A stretch of DNA of 32,000 nt from Mycolicibacterium smegmatis (GTDB taxonomy: Bacteria; Actinomycetota; Actinomycetes; Mycobacteriales; Mycobacteriaceae): assembly GCF_001457595.1 (NCBI RefSeq), contig NZ_LN831039.1:1260001-1292000 (forward strand), given 5' to 3'. Position numbers and translations under genes: made by a program. Below are positions 25,226 to 32,000 of the stretch, one piece after another. The notes under the pieces are model-generated. The model did not search any database. It saw only the letters and a program-made list of their open reading frames with translations, and had not been told where the DNA came from. Numbering within the stretch: the first letter of the stretch is position 1; the number at the start of each line of letters is the position of its first letter.

Positions 25226-26920
25226 GTGGACATCCTCAAGACCATTCGCCTGCGTCAGACGCCGCAGGCCCCGGCCGCAACGCCGGGGCAGGTGCGCAAC
25301 GCGGCGGGCGGGTACACCTTTCCGGTCGATGACTGGGCCCGGGTACACCGCTTCCTGACGCTGGGCACCGACGGCGGCACGTACTACACGGCCGACCGTG
25401 AGCTCACGCGCGACAACGCCGAGGTCGTACTGCGTGTTGCCGCAACCGATCCCGTCGGTCTGGTGAACCGGATCGTCGAGGTGTCGGACGCCGGTCGCGC
25501 GCCGAAGGCCAACCCGGCGCTGTTCGCGCTGGCCATCGCCGCCTCATCGGAGGACGTCGACGGCCGGCGTGCCGCGCTGGCCGCGCTGCCCCGGGTCGCC
25601 CGCACGGCCACCCACCTGTTCCTGTTCGCCGGTTACGTCGAGCAGTTCCGCGGGTGGGGGCCGACGCTGCGTCGCGCCGTATCCCGTTGGTACACCGAGC
25701 GTCCCGTCGATGCGCTGGCCTACCAGCTGGTGAAGTACCGGCAGCGTGGCGGGTGGAGCCACCGCGACATGCTGCGGCTGGCCCGCCCGTCCGGTGTCGT
25801 CCATCCGGCCCGGCGCATGGCGTTCAACTGGGCGGCAGGAAAGGGTCTGGGCGACTACGCCGAGGCGCCTGCCCGGCTCACCGACGCCGAGCTGAAGGTG
25901 GGACAGCGCACCGCTGTCCGGCCGCCGGTGCGCGCCGAGGTGGTGCCCGACGAGCTCGCGATCATCGCCGACTTCGAGGACGCCCAGGCGGCCTCGACCG
26001 CCGCGCGGTGGATCGAGATCATCGACCGTGGCCACGGGCTGTCGTGGGAGATGCTGCCCGACGCGGCGCTGGCGCAACCGGCGGTGTGGGAGGCGCTGAT
26101 CGACCGCGGCATACCGCAGACTGCGCTGATGCGTCAGCTGCCCCGCCTGACCCGGCTGGGTGTGCTCTCAGGTGCCGTCGGGGACACAGTCGCCGAGCAG
26201 CTCGCCGACCGTGACCGGCTGGTCAAGGCCCGCGTGCACCCGGTGAATGTCCTTGTGGCGCAGCGTACCTACGCTCGCGGCCGCGGTGCCCGCGGCCAGG
26301 GGGTGTGGACGCCCGTCGCGAAGATCGCCGATGCGCTGGACGCCGCGTTCTACGCGGCCTACGGTGCGGTGCGTCCGGCGTACAAGCGCACGCTGCTGGC
26401 GCTCGACGTGTCGGGGTCGATGACCTCGCCGGTGTCGGGTCTTCCGATCTCGTGTCGGGAGGCAGCGGCGGCACTGGCGCTGGTGACGGCGGCGACCGAG
26501 CCTGCGCACCGCATCATCGGGTTCACCGCGGGCCGCGGTGGCCACGCCCAGCGAGCGGTGAGCGAGCTGGACATCAGCCCGCGCCGACGGCTCGACGACG
26601 TGTGCCGCTACACGGCGGACCTGCCGTTCGGTGCCACCGACTGCGCGCTGCCGATGATGTGGGCGCTGCGGCGCGGGGTGAAGGTGGACACGTTCCACAT
26701 CTACACCGACAACGAGACCTGGTACGGAAACATCCATCCGCACCAGGCGCTGGCCGAGTACCGGCACAAGATGGGCATCGATGCGCGACTGGTCGTCGTT
26801 GCGATGACCTCGTCGCACAACTCGATCGCCGATCCGGCCGATCCGCGCCAGCTCGACATCTCCGGGTTCGACTCGGCGGTGCCGACTCTGCTCGCCGATT
26901 TCTCACGCGGCGACATCTAG
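25226..26920 (+). CDS. rsr: Ro60 orthologue Rsr (TROVE domain + vWA domain)
   Basis: TROVE hallmarks (HRFLTLGTDGGTYYT, NPALFALAIAA, THLFLFAGYVEQFRGWG, YQLVKYRQRGGWSHRDMLRLARP). The C-terminal vWA domain has the MIDAS motif LALDVSGSM. The GTG at 25226 has SD AAGGAG (25214-25219) at 6-nt spacing. The track start ATG at 25193 is an in-frame alternative only 9 nt after RNA 2. Confidence 0.9.
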   Translation: MDILKTIRLRQTPQAPAATPGQVRNAAGGYTFPVDDWARVHRFLTLGTDGGTYYTADRELTRDNAEVVLRVAATDPVGLVNRIVEVSDAGRAPKANPALFALAIAASSEDVDGRRAALAALPRVARTATHLFLFAGYVEQFRGWGPTLRRAVSRWYTERPVDALAYQLVKYRQRGGWSHRDMLRLARPSGVVHPARRMAFNWAAGKGLGDYAEAPARLTDAELKVGQRTAVRPPVRAEVVPDELAIIADFEDAQAASTAARWIEIIDRGHGLSWEMLPDAALAQPAVWEALIDRGIPQTALMRQLPRLTRLGVLSGAVGDTVAEQLADRDRLVKARVHPVNVLVAQRTYARGRGARGQGVWTPVAKIADALDAAFYAAYGAVRPAYKRTLLALDVSGSMTSPVSGLPISCREAAAALALVTAATEPAHRIIGFTAGRGGHAQRAVSELDISPRRRLDDVCRYTADLPFGATDCALPMMWALRRGVKVDTFHIYTDNETWYGNIHPHQALAEYRHKMGIDARLVVVAMTSSHNSIADPADPRQLDISGFDSAVPTLLADFSRGDI

Positions 26921-26930
26921 CGGCACAGGC

Positions 26931-26958
26931 GGGGGTGACGGTTTCGACCGTCACCCCC
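26931..26958. terminator. Bidirectional hairpin terminator between rsr and the convergent lipoprotein gene
   Basis: GGGGGTGACGG-TTTCGA-CCGTCACCCCC, an 11-bp perfect stem, 10 nt after the rsr TAG. Confidence 0.6.
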
Positions 26959-26979
26959 GTTCTGTCATCTCCGTCTCTG

Positions 26980-27420
26980 TCATCTCCGTCCGATCTCGAT
27001 GCCGAGCAGTTTGAGCCCGTCCTTGATGCGCTTGTCGGCGCCGTCGATGGTGTCGGAGAACTTCCGCAGCTGCGCCGGGGACGACGTCGCCGACAGCGTC
27101 ATGCACTGCTCGGCCCAGTCGCGGTATCCGTCCAAGCCGTCGCGCAGGGCCTCGTTGACCGCCACGTCCGGGCCGGGCAGCACCTTGCGTTTGGCCTTGT
27201 CGATGTAGCCGCGCAGATCCGCGCACGCCGACTGCAACTCCAGGTAGTCCTTGGTGCCCATCGCGTCGCTGATCGGTCCGAGTTGGCCGCCCAGACCGGC
27301 GACGGCCTGCGTCACCGCATCGCGCCATTCGTCGTCGACCGGCGCGGCGACCGGGGTGCCCGCGATCGCGCACCCGGTGAGCAGGAACCCTGCAGCCGCC
27401 ACGGCGACGATACCCCTCAT
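26980..27420 (-). CDS. Small lipoprotein of unknown function
   Basis: The track ORF is trimmed to MRGIVAVAAAGFLLTGC (ATG at 27420, lipobox LTGC). The mature part is helical and charged, with two Cys residues. Confidence 0.7.
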   Translation of the reverse strand: MRGIVAVAAAGFLLTGCAIAGTPVAAPVDDEWRDAVTQAVAGLGGQLGPISDAMGTKDYLELQSACADLRGYIDKAKRKVLPGPDVAVNEALRDGLDGYRDWAEQCMTLSATSSPAQLRKFSDTIDGADKRIKDGLKLLGIEIGRR

Positions 27421-27578
27421 GACCCCGAGCCTATTGAGCGGCCCGACGAGCGGCACTCCGGCACCGCGCCGCAACCCCGTGAACAGCCGATCGGCGTGAC
27501 ATGAACCCAGTCAGCGCGAGTAAGCGGCATCACACCGGTAGCCTCAGTTACTGAGAATCAGCCAGATCGGGGGATCGT

Positions 27579-28790
27579 ATGGACCTCGTGCTCGGCCTCG
27601 CGATGACGTCGAGAGCTATCCGATGGGTGCTCGTCGAAGGAACGACGGGCGCAGGGGACGCCATCGATCGGGGCGCCATCGCGGTGGACGACGCGGCCGC
27701 CTATGAGCCGGACGGGCTCCTGCGCGGCCTGGTCGACGACACCGTCACTCAAGGAAACCGCATCCACGCCATCGGCGTCACCTGGACGTGTGACGCCGCC
27801 GTCCTCGCGACCCACGTCATGGGCGCGCTGGAGACCTGGGGCCACACCAACGTCATCGCGGTCTCCGAGGTCGAGGCCGCAGGCATCCTGGCGAGCGGCA
27901 TCGCGGAGCTCACCGGTCACGACGACATCGCGGTCTGCATCATCGAGTCCGACGCGGCCGTCGCGGCGACCGTCACCGCCGACGCCGTGTCCGCCGACCG
28001 CATCGCCCGTGCCCCTGGCGACGCCGACTCCGCGGATCTCATCGAGAACCTCAAGGCCGTGCTCCAGGAGTCCACGGGCGGACGTACCGAGGGCATCTTC
28101 CTGCTGGGCTCGGAGTGCGACGATCTGATCGTCGCGTCGCTGTCGGAGGCGGCGACCGTGCCCGTCGTCTCCTCGGCCGAAGCCGACCTCGCCTATCCGC
28201 GCGGCGCGGCACTTTCCGCCGCGTTGGCCATCAACACCCCCTCCGATGAACCCAAAGGTCTGCACCTGACGAAGGTCGGGGCGCTCTCCTCGGTGCTCGC
28301 GGCGGCCGTGGTGACCCTCGTCGTCGCGTCGTCCGCGGCCGTCGGCATCCAACTGCACCCGGGTGCGATCGCGCCGGCCGCCGAGGTCACCGACGCCGGT
28401 AAGTCCGAGCCCGCGGCGAGTAAACCGGCCACGCCCGCGGCCGCGCCTCGCCCCAAGCCGCCTGCCGCTCCAGCCCCGGCACCCGAGGCGCGCCCACCGG
28501 CACCCGAGCCCGCGGCGCCCGCGCCCGCACCTGCTGCACCTGCTCCGGTGGCCGAGGTGAACAGCGTCCCCGCGGCCGAACCACCGGCCTACGTGCCGCC
28601 GGCCCCCGCGCCGGAGCCTGCCTATGTGCCGCCCGCGCCCGAGCCGGCCTATGTGCCGCCGCCTCCGCCGGCGTTCGTCCCGCCGCCACCGCCGCCGCCG
28701 TTGAACTATCCGCAGCCGCGGTTGCGCGACCGGATCATCGAACGCATCCCGATCATCAACCGCTTCCACGAGCCCAAGCCCTGGGGCTGA
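27579..28790 (+). CDS. Paralogue of 17498-19405: degenerate actin/Hsp70-like N-domain, TM helix, Pro-rich (PAYVPP repeats) extracytoplasmic tail
   Basis: The N-domain can be aligned block by block with the other protein (MDLVLGLAMTSR, NRIHAIGVTW, DDIAVCIIESDAAVA, IFLLGSECDDLIVASL, AYPRGAALSAA). The TM helix is VGALSSVLAAAVVTLVVASSAAVGI. The opposite-strand 503-aa ORF is an Arg/Gly shadow. Confidence 0.8.
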   Translation: MDLVLGLAMTSRAIRWVLVEGTTGAGDAIDRGAIAVDDAAAYEPDGLLRGLVDDTVTQGNRIHAIGVTWTCDAAVLATHVMGALETWGHTNVIAVSEVEAAGILASGIAELTGHDDIAVCIIESDAAVAATVTADAVSADRIARAPGDADSADLIENLKAVLQESTGGRTEGIFLLGSECDDLIVASLSEAATVPVVSSAEADLAYPRGAALSAALAINTPSDEPKGLHLTKVGALSSVLAAAVVTLVVASSAAVGIQLHPGAIAPAAEVTDAGKSEPAASKPATPAAAPRPKPPAAPAPAPEARPPAPEPAAPAPAPAAPAPVAEVNSVPAAEPPAYVPPAPAPEPAYVPPAPEPAYVPPPPPAFVPPPPPPPLNYPQPRLRDRIIERIPIINRFHEPKPWG

Positions 28791-28800
28791 CTTCCCGGCC

Positions 28801-28856
28801 CGAGCGTGCGCACAGGGCGGAAAATCGGCGTGAAGCCCGCCCTCAAGGCACGCTCG
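28801..28856. terminator. Nested inverted repeat between convergent genes (candidate bidirectional terminator)
   Basis: Outer stem CGAGCGTGC (28801-28809) / GCACGCTCG (28848-28856). Inner stem AGGGCGG (28814-28820) / CCGCCCT (28837-28843). Confidence 0.5.
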
Positions 28857-28858
28857 AT

Positions 28859-30850
28859 CTAGCGCATGCGGTCCAACCGTGCCAGCCGGGTCTGCTCGGC
28901 GCGCACCATCTCGTCCTGGTGCGGGGGCGGCTCGTCGGGATGGTGGGCGAGCCGGCGGATCGGTTCGTCGATACTGCCGCGCGCCAACAGGCGATGCACC
29001 CGCACGGTGTGCAGATCGCTCAGACGCTGGGTGCGTCCGATCATGCGCCGTTCGGCGCGGGGCTGCCATTGGGGTTCGGTCACGATCGCCACCAGGGGCA
29101 TGCTCAGCCGGCGCAGATCGAGCGGGCCGACGTCCAGCTGGGCCAGCAGGGTCGCAGGGCCGCGCGCGGTCGCGAACGCGTCGAGCATCGCCTGCCGGTC
29201 CGGCACGGACTCGTCCAGTGGCCCGAAAACCGTTCCCGGCAATGCTTTTCGGATTGTTTCCAGCACGCCCGGGAAATGTGACAGGACCACCACGCGCGCG
29301 CCGTTGATGTGGGCCTCACTGATCAACTCGATGAGCCGGTCCAGCTTGGCCGACGGTCCCGGCGGCCCCGGCATACCTGACGGCCACGCGGCCTGGCGGA
29401 TCGCCGAGAAGTTGCCGCCGTCGACGGCCCGGCGGTAGCGAACACGATCCTCGCCCGTGAGCCGCACCCACTCGTCGGTCGAGATACGTTGCGGCAGTTC
29501 GGCGACAACGTCACGGTAGTCGCGACGCAGATACACCCGGTCGGCGGTGCGCCTGAACGCGATGGAGCCTTGGGCGCCGGCATTGGGCGGTACCTTGGTG
29601 GCGACGTCGGGTTGCAGGAAATCGGCGAGATGCCGGAAACCCTCGATGCGATTGTGCAGCGGAACACCCGACAGGAACAGCACACACGCGTCGGCCGTCA
29701 GCACGTTGCGCACCGCGCGGGCGCGGTCGGATTTCGGGTCGCGCAACAGGTGCGCCTCGTCGACGATCACCAGCCCGGGCCGTTCCGGCAGCGTGATCTT
29801 CGACAACGCACTGAACGTGACAATCGCCAAGCCGCCCTTGTCTTTCCATTCGGCCAGCCGTTCTTCGCGTCGGCGGCCGCGGATCTCCAAAGGCGTGAGC
29901 CACGTGTGTTTGACGGTCTCCTCGGCCCAGTGGATGCCGGTGTTGGCCGGGCAGATCACCAGGGTGTGGCGCATGGTCTCGGCCGCGGCCAGATGCGCGG
30001 CGACCGTCAGCGCCTGCAGGGTCTTGCCCAGACCCAGTTCGTCGCACAGCAGCACCCGTCGTCGCGCCAGCGCGTACTGCGCGCCGAACAGTTGGTAGCC
30101 GCGCAGTTCGGTGCGCACCAACGACCGGTCGACGTCGATCTGCGTGGCCTCCTCGGCCACCGCGGCGCCGACGAAACCTTGTGCTGCGTCGACATCGGTT
30201 GTCCCCGAGGCGAACTCCATCAAGAGTCGGTCGATCTCGGCGCCGTCGCGGCGGTAACCGGCCCACACGTCGGTCTCGGGTTTGCGGGCGCATTCGATGC
30301 GCTCGACGAGGTCGGCCACCTTGTCCAGCAACGGATCCGGTTCCTCGACTGCAGCGGCTTCGGTACGCCGCCGTCGCCCGTTGCCGTTGGGGGCCTCGAC
30401 GCGGGCCCGCACCCGGGGAAGGATGCGCCGCAGTTGCTTGGCCGGGGGCGTGGCCTTGATGAGGACCAGCAGGTCGGCCAGCAGGGCCGTGTCGCTCTCG
30501 GACTCGCGGTCCAGGCGAGGCCGGGTGGTGGTGCGGATGCGGTCGGCCATCAGCTGTGCACCGGCCTGGACGGCCTGCGCGGTCGCGATGTCGACGCCGG
30601 GTACCTGGGTGAGCAGTCGTGCGGGCACGGTGTGGACGTCGGCGACCGTGCGGTATTCGGAGTTGAGCAGGGCGCTGATGCGGGTGCCGAGCGTCAGGTA
30701 CGGGCGCACGCCGGCCAGCGGCGTGGATTGCAGCGCACGTTCGACGACGGCGTCGGTGTTGGCGCGGACGTTGGCGGCGATCTCAGCGCGAAGCGTGCCG
30801 AGGTCGGCGAGCAGGCCATCGGCACGGCGGACGAGGTCTGCGCGATCCAT
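28859..30850 (-). CDS. SNF2-family helicase/ATPase with a ~230-aa unassigned N-terminal domain
   Basis: SD AGGAG lies 2 nt upstream of the ATG at 30850. Motifs: LRGYQ, DELGLGKT (Walker A), VDEAH (motif II), LSGVPLHN (motif III). The C-terminal lobe is divergent (WQP, ERRMIGRTQR). Confidence 0.85.
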   Translation of the reverse strand: MDRADLVRRADGLLADLGTLRAEIAANVRANTDAVVERALQSTPLAGVRPYLTLGTRISALLNSEYRTVADVHTVPARLLTQVPGVDIATAQAVQAGAQLMADRIRTTTRPRLDRESESDTALLADLLVLIKATPPAKQLRRILPRVRARVEAPNGNGRRRRTEAAAVEEPDPLLDKVADLVERIECARKPETDVWAGYRRDGAEIDRLLMEFASGTTDVDAAQGFVGAAVAEEATQIDVDRSLVRTELRGYQLFGAQYALARRRVLLCDELGLGKTLQALTVAAHLAAAETMRHTLVICPANTGIHWAEETVKHTWLTPLEIRGRRREERLAEWKDKGGLAIVTFSALSKITLPERPGLVIVDEAHLLRDPKSDRARAVRNVLTADACVLFLSGVPLHNRIEGFRHLADFLQPDVATKVPPNAGAQGSIAFRRTADRVYLRRDYRDVVAELPQRISTDEWVRLTGEDRVRYRRAVDGGNFSAIRQAAWPSGMPGPPGPSAKLDRLIELISEAHINGARVVVLSHFPGVLETIRKALPGTVFGPLDESVPDRQAMLDAFATARGPATLLAQLDVGPLDLRRLSMPLVAIVTEPQWQPRAERRMIGRTQRLSDLHTVRVHRLLARGSIDEPIRRLAHHPDEPPPHQDEMVRAEQTRLARLDRMR

Positions 30851-30913
30851 GACTCCTGATCATCGCATCTTCGCGCCGCCCGGACAGGCGCCAATTGCCC
30901 GGGCAAAGCGCAT

Positions 30914-31171
30914 TCAGAGGTCGTCGACGTCGATCAACCCGTCCTGGATCGCGCGGGCGACGAGCGCGGCCTTGGTGGTCGCGGGCCTGCCCACGGCGGC
31001 GTACTTGGCGCGGATGCGCTGCAGATGTGTTCGCACGGTGGTCGGCGCAATGTGCAGTTGACGGGCCACGCCGTCTTTGCTGTCGGTTCGGATCCACGCG
31101 AGCAGGACTTCCTTTTCGCGCGGCGCCAGCTCGGGTCGGGGGAGCGGCCTGTCGACGGGCATTGCGGTCAT
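30914..31171 (-). CDS. LuxR/GerE-type HTH protein (85 aa, stand-alone DNA-binding domain)
   Basis: The track ORF is trimmed to MTAMPVDRPL (ATG at 31171; GGAGG at 31186-31182 upstream). REKEVLLAWIRTDSKDGVARQLHIAPTTVRTHLQRIRAKY is a GerE-type HTH. It lies 63 nt upstream of the SNF2 gene and is co-oriented with it. Confidence 0.75.
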   Translation of the reverse strand: MTAMPVDRPLPRPELAPREKEVLLAWIRTDSKDGVARQLHIAPTTVRTHLQRIRAKYAAVGRPATTKAALVARAIQDGLIDVDDL

Positions 31172-31336
31172 ACGCGCGAACCTCCACACAGAGCAAAATC
31201 TGACTGGAGCTATCGTCCGTTCGGGCGATACGGAAAACAGGTGCGCTGGTCGCCTAATTGACGCGAGCTTAGTGTTATCAGCCACATGCTTTGAATTTGT
31301 CGGCAGGATCTTGCCCGCGTATCGGAGAATCAGCGA

Positions 31337-32000
31337 ATGGACCACAGTCTGCGGATCCTTGTGGCCTCACCTCTTGGCCGGATCGTCGCGCCGGCGATCA
31401 AGTCGGAACTGCCCGCAGCAACGGTGGAATTCGCTGAGAACAGCGACGCGGTGCGCCGCCAGATCATCGGTCGCGTGCGGTTCGACGTCGTGATCGCCGA
31501 CCTGGTGTGGAACCACCCGGAGCTGGAGTTCACGTTCGACGGGCTCGATGTGATCGACGTGCTGCACGAGGCCAACCGGATCGCACCGGTCATCCTCACC
31601 CGGCAGGGCCACAGCCTGGAGCACGACCTGATCGACGAGGCCCGGCTGCGGCCCGAGGTGGTCTCGGCATTCCACACACCCATGGGTATCGAGGCGCTGT
31701 CCCGGTTGATCCGGGACGCCGCGGTGGGTCGTCGTCACCCGGTCATGTCGCCGACCCCGCGGAAACCCTCGCTGTACGAGCTGTTTCGGACACGCAAGGG
31801 ACAGACCACGGGCCGCCTGGCAGGCGCGATCGCCGCGGGCCGTGCCACCGACGGGGCCACTCTGGCGGCTGCGGCGGGCGTGGGCATCAACACCGCGACC
31901 AAGGTGGCGACGCACTATCTGGGGCCGGTCATGCGGATGCGCGACGAGCACGATCCGGCCCTGCCGCTGACCCTGCCCGCGGTCTACCGCTGGTGTGGTC
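31337..32000 (+). CDS. Atypical receiver-like domain protein with a C-terminal HTH-like region; 3'-partial (runs off the window)
   Basis: It is absent from the ORF track because there is no stop in the window. The ATG at 31337 has GGAGA 8 nt upstream. The frame is open with high GC3 to nt 32000. RILVAS..FDVVIADLVW..PVILTRQG resembles a REC fold that lacks the N-terminal acidic pair and the conserved Lys. Confidence 0.6.
   Translation, partial: MDHSLRILVASPLGRIVAPAIKSELPAATVEFAENSDAVRRQIIGRVRFDVVIADLVWNHPELEFTFDGLDVIDVLHEANRIAPVILTRQGHSLEHDLIDEARLRPEVVSAFHTPMGIEALSRLIRDAAVGRRHPVMSPTPRKPSLYELFRTRKGQTTGRLAGAIAAGRATDGATLAAAAGVGINTATKVATHYLGPVMRMRDEHDPALPLTLPAVYRWCG

Noticed and set aside
26961-26990. 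Exact 15-bp tandem duplication TCTGTCATCTCCGTC x2, spanning the stop codon of the lipoprotein gene next to the rsr terminator.
   Set aside because: There are only two copies, with no spacer structure and no associated genes. It is most simply a replication-slippage duplication in a 3' region. It is not a CRISPR or a regulatory array.
27543-27555. Palindrome CTCAGT-T-ACTGAG, 24 nt upstream of the ATG at 27579.
   Set aside because: It is a short, single occurrence with no matching site upstream of the paralogous gene at 19405. It is likely chance or a private operator and cannot be evaluated here.
30893-30904. 12-bp perfect palindrome TTGCCCGGGCAA between the luxR-like and SNF2 genes.
   Set aside because: As RNA it can form only a 4-bp stem, so it is not a terminator. 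An operator role is possible but cannot be supported from one copy.
1-32000. I looked for CRISPR arrays, rRNA or canonical tRNA genes, prophage or integrase genes, toxin-antitoxin pairs and restriction-modification or other known defence modules.
   Set aside because: I could not see any regularly spaced repeats, rRNA-like conserved stretches, integrase/recombinase signatures or small paired ORFs. The only mobile element I can support is the IS630-family copy.

Overview
This is a high-GC actinobacterial chromosome segment (roughly two-thirds G+C by eye). It is almost certainly from the Mycobacteriaceae and looks like a fast-growing Mycolicibacterium: it has a PE-PPE domain protein, a cutinase, a PknF-like Ser/Thr kinase and Pro/Thr-rich envelope proteins.

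Gene order:
1. A secreted PE-PPE-domain protein, possibly 5'-partial.
2. An NCS1 permease, divergent from an RpiR-type regulator.
3. A five-gene translationally coupled histidine-utilisation operon: hutU, an M20 amidohydrolase, hutF, hutI and hutH.
4. A cutinase.
5. An IS630-family insertion sequence in a CTAG site.
6. A compact three-gene cassette: a tandem Lrp/AsnC regulator, an ion-transporter-superfamily permease and an N-acyl-D-amino-acid deacylase.
7. A Pro/Thr-rich single-pass membrane protein with a degenerate actin/Hsp70-like N-domain, divergent from a polytopic membrane protein and followed by a PknF-like receptor kinase.
8. An M23 lipoprotein peptidase plus a small PLDc_N membrane protein.
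9. Two tandem Y-RNA-like non-coding RNAs directly upstream of the Ro60 orthologue rsr (TROVE+vWA). The first carries a circularly permuted tRNA-like module.
10. A small lipoprotein.
11. A paralogue of the Pro-rich membrane protein.
12. A LuxR-solo gene followed by an SNF2-family helicase, divergent from a 3'-partial atypical receiver-like regulator.

The most interesting signals:
- The rsr / tandem Y-RNA (tRNA-mimic) ribonucleoprotein locus. No ORF track explains it.
- A perfect 24-bp direct repeat that brackets the IS630 element plus the three-gene cassette, indicating an insertion.
- The IS630 transposase stop codon, which is supplied by the CTAG target.
- A dense GTGACAC motif array in the permease/rpiR intergenic region.
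- The two paralogous pseudo-ASKHA membrane proteins.

Most other long ORFs in the track are GC-shadow artefacts. All calls rest on reading the sequence and translations and on family recognition from memory. No searches or folding programs were run, and the RNA ends are approximate.
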